This document shows positions 43,362 through 52,513 of a DNA stretch of 64,000 nucleotides, one piece after another. The stretch is from Naegleria gruberi (taxonomy: Eukaryota), in NCBI GenBank assembly GCA_000004985.1, contig GG738868.1. The stretch is one strand, 5' to 3'. Each line of letters starts with the position of its first letter. Within the stretch, counting starts at the first letter, position 1. A model generated the notes under the pieces. That model was not told the origin of the DNA and ran no database searches. It saw only the letters and a program-made list of their open reading frames with translations. The translations under genes and the position numbers were made by a program.

Positions 43362-44624
43362 ATGAAAAGCATTGCTGTACTTTTATTTGCATTCCTTCTT
43401 GGTTGCGTTATTGCCCAAGCTAAGAAGAATACCCAACCAGTCAACCCAAATGGTTCTCTCGTTCAAGTTCAAATTATTTCTAGACATTGTGATAGACTTC
43501 CAAGTGCTTCATCAAAGATTCCAGCCGACCCAATTGATTGGCAATTGGTTTCTGGTTTGGCACTTGGTGATTTGACTGGTTTAGGTCAACAACAATGTAG
43601 AGAATTGGGTGAACATTTACGTGAAAGATATTTGAGCGAAGATGCTTCTAGTAGAATTTCTGGAATTACTGCCAATTACAATGCTTCAATGTTCTCATTC
43701 AGATCTACTAATTTTGATCGTGCTTTGAATTCCATGCAAACTATTGCTTTAGGTTTGTTCCCTGATAAGACAGGTGACAGAGCTACTGTTAATTATCTTG
43801 CTAAGAATGATAAGGGAAAGAAAAAGTGGGCTCTTCCACATGGTCAACAAGCTGTTCCAATTCACACTGTTGCTGATGATTATGAAAATTTATTGTTGGG
43901 TTTCACTTATTGTAACACTGTTCAAAAGAGATATAACACTGCTTTTGGTACTAAGGCTTTGGCTTATTTGAATGCTAATAGAACTTTTGTTAATCAATTG
44001 TACACTGCTACTGGTTGGACAACTGGTGATTTGACTATTTCCACTTTGATTGATTTGTTGATTGTTCAAAAGGCTCACAATATGTTGAATATCAAGTGGG
44101 TTAATGATAACTGGACTCAAGTTCTTAAAATGAGAGATGACGTCTTGTCATTGTTATATAGTTATGATGTTATGGGTAAGGAAGGATCAAGTGTTTTGAT
44201 TCAAACTTTGATTGAAAACATGAACTCATTGAATAAGAAGTATATTCACTACTCTGCTCACGATTCTACTCTTCAAGCTCTTACTGGTTCATTGAAATTG
44301 AATCAAGATTCTGATTATGCCTTCTTGGGTGGTCAACCAAATTATGGAGCTCACATTGTTGCTGAATTGTATCAAACTGCTGCTGGTAACAAGACTGTTC
44401 GTTTCATGCATGGTAATCAATTCGATTCTACTTCATTGACTCCTTTGATTTTGAAGAATTTGGGTTGTCAAACTGAATATTGTCCATTGGAAACTTTCAC
44501 TCAATTGACTTCTCAATACTCCACCACAACCAATTGGTGTGTTGATTGTGCCAATAAGGGTAAGGTTGTTTGTGCTCCATACTTTTTGAGTGTTGTTACT
44601 CCATGTACAACTTCAACCAACTAA
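43362..44624 (+). CDS. Secreted histidine acid phosphatase (branch 2 histidine phosphatase)
   Basis: Signal peptide MKSIAVLLFAFLLGCVIAQA. RHCDRLP variant of the RHGxRxP motif. Downstream HD motif in YSAHDSTLQAL. Confidence 0.7.
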   Translation: MKSIAVLLFAFLLGCVIAQAKKNTQPVNPNGSLVQVQIISRHCDRLPSASSKIPADPIDWQLVSGLALGDLTGLGQQQCRELGEHLRERYLSEDASSRISGITANYNASMFSFRSTNFDRALNSMQTIALGLFPDKTGDRATVNYLAKNDKGKKKWALPHGQQAVPIHTVADDYENLLLGFTYCNTVQKRYNTAFGTKALAYLNANRTFVNQLYTATGWTTGDLTISTLIDLLIVQKAHNMLNIKWVNDNWTQVLKMRDDVLSLLYSYDVMGKEGSSVLIQTLIENMNSLNKKYIHYSAHDSTLQALTGSLKLNQDSDYAFLGGQPNYGAHIVAELYQTAAGNKTVRFMHGNQFDSTSLTPLILKNLGCQTEYCPLETFTQLTSQYSTTTNWCVDCANKGKVVCAPYFLSVVTPCTTSTN

Positions 44625-44995
44625 ATAAACATCTCCTTCCATTTTGGTAAAAATGCAATTGCTTACATTCTTTAATAATTATTCGATTACAAAGTTTCAT
44701 CATCATGCAACAAATCTATTTGGCTGGATCTTCTTGTGATCACAAACTCTCCAAAACAAGCTTTTTCAGCGAACATTACCAAATTAAGAACTTGCTCACG
44801 CTACGGGAGCGAAAATGAAAAAATTATTTATTTAAAAAAATAGAGTTTCATCTTTATTACACTCTTTACAACTCTCTTGATTTTATTGGAGAGTATTAAA
44901 AAACGTTGTGGTGGTGGATTTTGTGTGATTTTTGGAAAGAATTTGTGTGATCGGAACGATTTTGATCAAAGGAAGTTCATTTAATCATCATCACA

Positions 44996-47890
44996 ATGAA
45001 GAATTTCTTTAGAAAGAGTACTCGTTTGTCGAGTAATGAACAATCAAATAATAATAATAATCAGAATACTTCTCCAGTTTCCTTGTCGAAAGGAGATTCG
45101 AGTAAGGATCTCACAGCAATAGCCTCAACCTTGAGTTTACCAAGAGAGGCTACAACATCAAATACGAGTGGTGTATTGTCACCATCTTCTAATTCATCAT
45201 CATCGGCAGCATCCTCCTCATACTCCTTCTTGCTTCCTACTGCAGAAAATTTAACTAGAGAACCTCCTTGTGGACTTGAATTATTTGAATATAATAATGG
45301 TGATATTTATGATGGTGAAGTTAATCAGAAGGGATTACGTCACGGATCGGGAACATGTAAATTTTCAGACAGTGCAGAAAGAGAGTTTCCTCCATCGTTA
45401 AGTTTTATTTCGCAACCTGGTCTTTCATCATTCACAGGAAAGTGGTTTTGTGGACAACCTTGTATTGGTATGTGTTGTTATTGTGATTTTATGTGAAAAT
45501 AACATTGATCAATTTGTGAAGATATTCAAGCCGTAATTCAATACGTAAATGGTGATAGATATTGTGGTGCTGTTATGGGATTTACGGAAGAACTTTTAGA
45601 AGAAGCATCAATTTTGTCAGAATATTATTATTCAAATTATACACCGTCTTCATCATCTAACAGTAGCTCTCTCAAAACCCCAAGATCATCAGTTTCATCT
45701 ACTTCTCCTTCCAACAATTCTCCAAGTGCTCCACCAAAGAAGAAAAAGAATCCATTCTCATTCTCCAGTTCAAGTGAAAATAATAATGATTCCCTCTTTG
45801 GAAAACCAGCTTCTTCATCTGATGAGGGTCTTCCTTATATTATGAAACATGGTGAAGGTGAATTGCACTACCTAGATGGCTCAAAATATAATGGAAGTTT
45901 CAGAAGAGATGTTCGTGAAGGATTTGGAGTAATGATCGACACTAAAAATGGAACTGAATATTATGGAAATTGGAAAGATAATGAAAAGGAAGGATTTGGT
46001 ACCATGATTTTCAATGATGGTACTATCTATGAAGGTGATTGGAGAGGAGGAAAGCAAGGACCAAAAGGAGTTCTCAGATTACCAAACGGTGACAGAATTG
46101 TTGGAGAATGGGATGGAAACAATATTAAGAAAGCCATTTTTGAAAAGGGGTCTATTCAAAATGTAAAGAGCAAGTGTCCAACTATGCTCCTTAGAGAAGA
46201 AGTCAAGAAATCTGAAAAGAATGACAGAACTACCTCATTTTCACACGTCACTACTCCAATCCTTGCCAAAGAAGACCTCGTTACTCCAAGGAAATGGGAC
46301 GGTCTCTTCTCTATATTTGCCAATAGTATTGAAATAGAGAAGGAAAAATATGCAAATGGTGTCACTGCTAAATGCATTGAAGAAAAGAAAACTCAAGATG
46401 GAAGCATTTCACCAATTTCCAGAAAATCAATCCAAGATGCCCTTCAGAATTATCTGGACGATTCTATGGCTCGCAAATTATCGAAAATTACAATTGATAA
46501 TGTGACTCAAATTTCACATGGAGATGAGGCCCCTATTTTTGGCGTTCTCTCTACAGCCACCAACGATCACGTTCTCTCAAGAATTATCGCCAAGTTTGTT
46601 AACCTTTTCAATTGGAAATATCACCAAAGTGATATCAAATCGACAGCTGCTGCCAAACATCACATTCCTCATGCATTGGATGACTTCGTAAGTAATTTAT
46701 TAATACTATTTTCCTGAACTAACCATTGTAGCATTCATTTGTTATCTATATTTTTGAAAAAACCTGTCACATCATTGGTAACGACTCTGTGGCTGTATTT
46801 GGTCACAAGAAACTTCTATACCATCTTAAAGATCACATACTGAGCAGAATTTACAGTACTCTTTTTACAATTTACAAATTCTGTGTAAGTTTTTAATTTC
46901 ATTTTGCTTATTACAATACTGTATCAGTATCACGAACAAGATAACATGTATAAATTCAAAATGCTTGCCCTTTCATCCATCTCAATGAGAGAACTTGGTG
47001 TAAAGGATGGATTTATTCCAACTGATGAAATGGGACTTTTTGAACCATACCAAGATTGTATCAAAAAGTTGAGAACTCTATCAACCAAATTCACAACAGC
47101 CCATGAAAAGTTTGAAATTCTCGTTGAGGTTGGTAAAGAACTCGTGACAGCTATTGATTTCATTGAGGAAAAGAAGAGAGGTAAAATATCTGATAGAGGT
47201 GCTGATGACATGTTACCAGCTTATTTGTACATTTTCATTCAAGCTCAAATACCGAATGTATATAGTACCTTCAAATTCCTTTTAGATTTTATGGATGAAA
47301 AAGTTCAAACTACTGAACAGGGTTATAGATTTTCTGTCTTTGAAAATGCAATTCAATACATTCCAATGATTGACTCATCTATTAGAGATACAAATGGAAT
47401 ACTTGTACCAACATTCGTTTTGGAAGACAGATTAGAAAGTTGTCTCAATAAGATTAAGAAGGAAGCCAGAGAACACGGAGAAGCACCAAGGTTATTGTGG
47501 ATTAGCTCAATTTTCATAGTTGTAGGAAGCACCTTGTCTGAAATTTCTCAAAGCTCAACAACATATCAATCCAATAATCCAACTCCAGTTATTCCTGTCC
47601 TTCATACACAACACCGCGACTTGTTGAGAAGATATTCCAAGTATGCTGAAAAGATACTCAAATGTGTCTCATTAAGCTTGGAAAGTACTGATATTGATAG
47701 TAGTGAAATCAAACAACAATACTCACCAAAAGAAGAATTTGAGGAAGATTGGACGCCACTTCAAAAGAAGAAGGCTGAAGAGCCTGTAATAGTGACAAAG
47801 AACTTTAATATTACTGTAGATCAAATTTATCCAAGCTACATTTATTTCAAGATGGCCAGAAAACTGGAAGAACTGATAGAAGAGCACTAA
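44996..47890 (+). CDS. MORN-repeat / VPS9-domain Rab5-GEF (alsin-like C-terminal architecture), 4 exons
   Basis: Exons 44996-45467, 45531-46687, 46732-46884, 46928-47890. Introns of 63, 44 (with CTAAC) and 43 nt. Several MORN repeats (YDGEVNQKGLRHGSG, YNGSFRRDVREGFG, YYGNWKDNEKEGFG, YEGDWRGGKQGPKG). VPS9 motif DDMLPAYLYIFIQAQIPNVYSTFKFLLDFMD. Confidence 0.7.
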
Positions 47891-47935
47891 TTGTACCATA
47901 AAAAATATTCAATGATTTAATGTAAAATAATTAAA

Positions 47936-49006
47936 TTACAAGGTTGTCTCCAATTTTGGATTGGTTTGCACTTTCCAAATTCCAAGAGTATAGAACATTC
48001 GTACCAAGAACAAATCTCTGGCCATACCAATAATTCCTGAAATATTGACCTTACTACCTTCAATTTCAGACCAGTTGACAGCATGTTCATGAATAGGAAT
48101 ATTCAAAGAATTGCAAATATGAATGAGATCAATATCGAAACACCATCTATCAATTTTCATATTTGGTAATACTTGTCTAACAGATTCTCTATCCATCAAT
48201 TTGAATCCACACTGTGTATCAGCAACATTTCTAATATTGGCAACGAAATTAACAAGAAAGTGGAATCCATACATTGTAATATTTCTGTACCACTTTCTTT
48301 CACGTTTAACTCCTTCCAAAAGGTGATTTCTACTTCCAACAACCATGTATCCATATTTCGATTTTCCTTGTTGTTTCATTTCTTCCATCTTGGTCAGTAA
48401 TTTATCCAAATCTCTAATATCAGTAGCATTGTCACTGTCAGCGAAAAGAATTAATTTTCCTCTACTTCTAATCATTCCTTGTTTAACAGCAAATCCCTTT
48501 CCTTTGTTTTTGATCAATCTCAAAAGTTGAATGTCAATATTATTATTTCTATTAATATATTCCTTCATAAAATCAACAGTTACACCAATTGTATTATCAG
48601 TACTTCCATCATCAACAATAATCATCTCACATTTAAAGTTTGGATTCTTTTCAATTTTTCCTTCAAGATATTGATAAGTATCCTTCAAGGTAACATTAAT
48701 TCTAGTCTCTTCTTTATATGCTGGAAATACAATACTTAAATCTAAATCAGATTCATTCAAAACAGAATATTGTTCTGCTTGTGTTTCATGTCTTTTTAAA
48801 AAGATCGGATTTGTTACAGTCATCTTGTCTCTATTCTTGATGGCAAATCGATCAGAGTCCTCCAAATCTTGTTTAGAAATAAATGCAAAATCGTTCATCT
48901 TCCAAATGGTTGTTTGTGCTCGGGCCAATCGAACAAAGAAATAATAAATTCCTCCCAAGATTGCCACAAGAGTGAGCAACAAACATGCTATCGTTGTTGT
49001 TTCCAT
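47936..49006 (-). CDS. ALG5: Dolichyl-phosphate beta-glucosyltransferase (ALG5, GT2)
   Basis: N-terminal TM. Collinear with ALG5: FPAYKEETRI, MIIVDDGSTDNT, KNKGKGFAVKQGMIRSRG, LFADSDNAT, MYGFHFLV, DTQCGFKL, NWSEIEGSK. Confidence 0.85.
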   Translation of the reverse strand: METTTIACLLLTLVAILGGIYYFFVRLARAQTTIWKMNDFAFISKQDLEDSDRFAIKNRDKMTVTNPIFLKRHETQAEQYSVLNESDLDLSIVFPAYKEETRINVTLKDTYQYLEGKIEKNPNFKCEMIIVDDGSTDNTIGVTVDFMKEYINRNNNIDIQLLRLIKNKGKGFAVKQGMIRSRGKLILFADSDNATDIRDLDKLLTKMEEMKQQGKSKYGYMVVGSRNHLLEGVKRERKWYRNITMYGFHFLVNFVANIRNVADTQCGFKLMDRESVRQVLPNMKIDRWCFDIDLIHICNSLNIPIHEHAVNWSEIEGSKVNISGIIGMARDLFLVRMFYTLGIWKVQTNPKLETTL

Positions 49007-49329
49007 TTTTTTCTTTTAAAGATTCTCTCTAATCGACAGAAGTTTGATCAACAATTGATGAGAGTAAGAAGAAGAATAAGGGACACGTGTTTTTTAAGTT
49101 CCTTGTTGGTCCATGAGTGAGTTGGACTCTTTGAAATGCAATGATGATTTAACAAAAGGTTATTGTTGTGTGTTTTTAATGATGTTAAAAGATTCAAATC
49201 TCCTCATGATGATAAAAGTGGTGCAGGAGAGAAAAGGTGCATTAATTGTACTACTACTTTACATGATGACTCTCCGAAAGTCAAAAAGTGTTGTTCAAAT
49301 GTGTTTTATGAGAGTGTGATGAATGGAAA

Positions 49330-50089
49330 TTATTCTTCCTCTTCATCATCATCGTCTTGCCATGAAGTTTCAACCATTTCCTTCACTCTTCTCTCATAGA
49401 GTTTTCTATTTTCAGTGTAAAGTCTGGCTGCTTCACTGTTGGCTGGTGAATTTGGATTCGGATCAGTGAGCAAACTTTGAATGGAGGTTAAAATTGCAGC
49501 CACATCATAAATTGGACTCCATTGATTTTGAAGAATATCCAAGCAAATTTGTCCATCATTATAAACTACAATTGTATGATATGAATATTATTTAAATAAT
49601 ATTAAATATTAATATATATTCATGAATATAATAATAATTATTTAACGAAGGAAAATGTTATTACTAATACCAATCAAGTGATAAATACATACTATTTGGA
49701 TGGAACATTTTGGTGAGGAATTTTACTTTTGGTGGTTTGTTAGGATAGTCTTCATTGAAGGAAATGCTGAGTTTGAAAGTTCCACCTTCCCATGGTGTAT
49801 CTTCAGGTCTATCCGATCAAAATATTCATATTAATCACCATCAATAAATTCATCAAATAATAATAATTAACGACGTTCGTAAAATTTAGAACAATAAATT
49901 GTGATTTAAAAACCAAGAGCGAAAAAGAAGAACATGAACACAAAAAATTGTAAAAACCACCTACCCGAAAATTACAGCATTCCATTCCATAATATTGGAA
50001 TCAAGAGGTGTAGCGCTGATCCCTTGTGGTGGATCGGTTGACATCTTCTTAAAATCCTTGATTAATCTTCTCTTCACTGGTGTAGACAT
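49330..50089 (-). CDS. RAD6: Ubiquitin-conjugating enzyme E2 RAD6/UBE2A-B with polyacidic C-terminal tail, 3 exons
   Basis: Exons 50089-49965, 49808-49693, 49565-49330. Introns GTAGGT (156 nt) and GTATGT (127 nt, AT-microsatellite-rich). Reads [102 protein letters not shown]...[13 protein letters not shown]. Confidence 0.85.
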
Positions 50090-50194
50090 TTTTTTTAATT
50101 TATTTTTATTAATAGATTGAATGCAAGAAGTAACTGGAAAATTCCTTTACAAAATATCAAACTTTAATTGCAATTATTAATATTATTAAACAAT

Positions 50195-50605
50195 TTATTT
50201 AAATGGAAGAAGTTTGAATAATAAACTTGCCATGTGAGCTCCAGTAGCAATGCATACCTTAATAAAACCAAACACAATACGAAAAGCTCCTGGGAAAAAG
50301 TACCACAACACAAAGGAACCAATTACAAAACCAACAATTACCAATTTGACGATGAGAGAAATTGGTTCTTTTGATTTCTTCACTAAACTGTTTCGTTTTC
50401 TAGTACTTGTTGTTTTTGAAGAATTACTATTTTTGGTGAATTCATTTTCCGAAGAGGAAGGTTTTGTAAAATGTGAATCAATTTTTTTCTCATTGTTGAC
50501 ATACTTGTGGAGGTCATTCTCAAGTTTATCTGCTTGGTCTTTTAATTCTTTGGAAAGTTTATCTGAAATTTGATTGGCACGAATTGACTTCATCATTTTT
50601 TTCAA
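50195..50605 (-). CDS. Small coiled-coil protein with C-terminal TM anchor (tail-anchored)
   Basis: 136 aa. Charged N-terminal helix-prone region, then hydrophobic LIVKLVIVGFVIGSFVLWYFF. No family assigned. Confidence 0.35.
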   Translation of the reverse strand: MKKMMKSIRANQISDKLSKELKDQADKLENDLHKYVNNEKKIDSHFTKPSSSENEFTKNSNSSKTTSTRKRNSLVKKSKEPISLIVKLVIVGFVIGSFVLWYFFPGAFRIVFGFIKVCIATGAHMASLLFKLLPFK

Positions 50606-50736
50606 TCACTTTTCGAATTCAATCAGTTTCAAAAAGTGTTCCAATTGAGTTTATGCCTAGCTTTGTGTGTCTCAAAAAACCGAGCTAACATGCAATAATT
50701 TGTATTTTGTTTTACTAATATACACATTTTAAAGAG

Positions 50737-51741
50737 TTATACGGTGGCTGATTCATGATCCTTAGCAACTTCCATGAAAATAGATCTAGATTCAGAAGCT
50801 ACAGTAACTAACAAGATGGTATTGCTCTTGAATTGCGATTTCATCTTTCTATATTCGCTCTTTAAACTATTTGCAATTTCCATTGAAGGAACGAAACAGT
50901 GCAAGAATTGCTTTTCCCAACCATCTTCTTCGTAAACATTTTCAGTACTAGAAATAATACCAGAGAGCTTCTTATTTAAGAGCATACGTAATACCTTTGG
51001 TGACATGGTGGTATTTACTTCAGGACCAGATTGACTCTTGTAGGACAAAAAGTTAAAAGCTCTAGTTACAGAGACACCATACTTCTTTTGTCCAATTCTG
51101 ACACTATAGTCAGTCTTCTTAGAACCTGCACAATAGCCTATTTCCATTTCAGTCTTGAGGAGTTCAGCAGAGAAGAGTCTCTTTACAATTTCAAAGGAGA
51201 GACTTTCAGAAAAGACAGAATTACCTCCAGCATTTTCTTCTTGACTAATTCTTTGGGCACCTTGCGATGAACCTTGCATGAGCAATTCAAATTCGAGTTG
51301 ATTCTTGGTCTTTCCCAATTCACTTTCTGACTTTTCATTAATCAAATTCAATTCTCTCTTTTGCTTTTCCTTCAAGATCATTTCGTTGACAACACAAGTT
51401 GGCTTTTGACGAGTTTCAAAGGCGTTGAATATCTTCAATTCTTCCTTAAGCTCAGTTCTCAGATAGAATGAAGTCTTTTCATTACCAATATTGAGTGAAT
51501 AATTTCTAGAGGAAGAATTAGACGATAATGATGACCGGTTCTGCGATAATGATCGGCATGAGCGTGCCACACATTGAGCCTTTGGTGCCTTTTTCTCTTC
51601 CTGTGAATATACCTGCTGCCACATTGGCCCCACGACGTTTACTTCTTGCATTGGTAGGACATTGTCTAAGGCAGTTGACCGGAAGGTATTGTTGTTCATA
51701 GACAACCTCTTCTGATTCTGACTTGTACTTTCGATCCTCAT
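50737..51741 (-). CDS. Hypothetical Ser-rich protein (possible N-terminal extension to 51997 unresolved)
   Basis: Long ORF with in-frame ATG at 51741 (MRIESTSQNQKRL...). A second Ser/Asn-rich ORF (51518-51997, ATG at 51997) is open in another frame over the same low-complexity DNA. The frame change could be an indel or an unresolved intron. Confidence 0.35.
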   Translation of the reverse strand: MRIESTSQNQKRLSMNNNTFRSTALDNVLPMQEVNVVGPMWQQVYSQEEKKAPKAQCVARSCRSLSQNRSSLSSNSSSRNYSLNIGNEKTSFYLRTELKEELKIFNAFETRQKPTCVVNEMILKEKQKRELNLINEKSESELGKTKNQLEFELLMQGSSQGAQRISQEENAGGNSVFSESLSFEIVKRLFSAELLKTEMEIGYCAGSKKTDYSVRIGQKKYGVSVTRAFNFLSYKSQSGPEVNTTMSPKVLRMLLNKKLSGIISSTENVYEEDGWEKQFLHCFVPSMEIANSLKSEYRKMKSQFKSNTILLVTVASESRSIFMEVAKDHESATV

Positions 51742-52513
51742 AGAACCAGTAATGGTTCTTGGAGCAGTGATCAAAGCAAAGCTTGTTGGAGTAGGAGTTG
51801 TTGTTGAGGTTGTTATTTGAGTTATTGGACAAGTTTGAGGAATTAAAAAGACTCAATCGACTGCTGCTTCGAAGGCTGGATAAATTAGACGAGCTTAAAG
51901 CACTTGAAGTACTGGAGTTGCTGCTGTTTAAGGGACTGCTACTCAAAGAAGAGAGGCTACTGCTTGAGGAGGAGAATGAGTTGTTAGAGCTGTTCATTTC
52001 TAATAGATTTTGTTGAGTGGTTGGTGATGAATTTGAGTCGAGTGGTATAGTGGTTTGATGTTTTTAAATTGATTCAAATATAGTGTAATCTTTTTAAAGT
52101 GGTTTTGTGGTTGAGCTTGTTTTTTTGGGTGATAGTGCGCTTGGATATTGAGTCACGTTTGTTGTGTGGTCAAAAATAGCTTGTTGTAGTTAATACAGAA
52201 GAGAATGAAAACGAGTTGTTTTTTTTTTCTTGTTCGATGGTTTTTTGTCGCTTGAGTTCTTATGCAACACTGAATTTGCAGTTCTAAAAATAATTTTGGG
52301 TGATTTTGTAAAGTGCAGGTCAATACGTGATTGGTCAACCAGTATTAGGAATGAACTTGGTAGTGTACTTAGTATTGAATTACATTGGTTTGACAAATGA
52401 ATACACTTTGACAAATTAGAACTCCCCAATGAAGAAGGATAAGTCAAAGTAACATCAGACTTCTCCTAAAGAAACTTCCAAATTTTACTTGCTTTAAATT
52501 TCTATAATACTTG

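Noticed and set aside
51518-51997. Treating ORF 51518-51997 as an independent Ser/Asn-rich gene
   Set aside because: Left unresolved rather than confirmed. It overlaps another open frame for over 250 nt in low-complexity DNA and could equally be a 5' extension with an indel.
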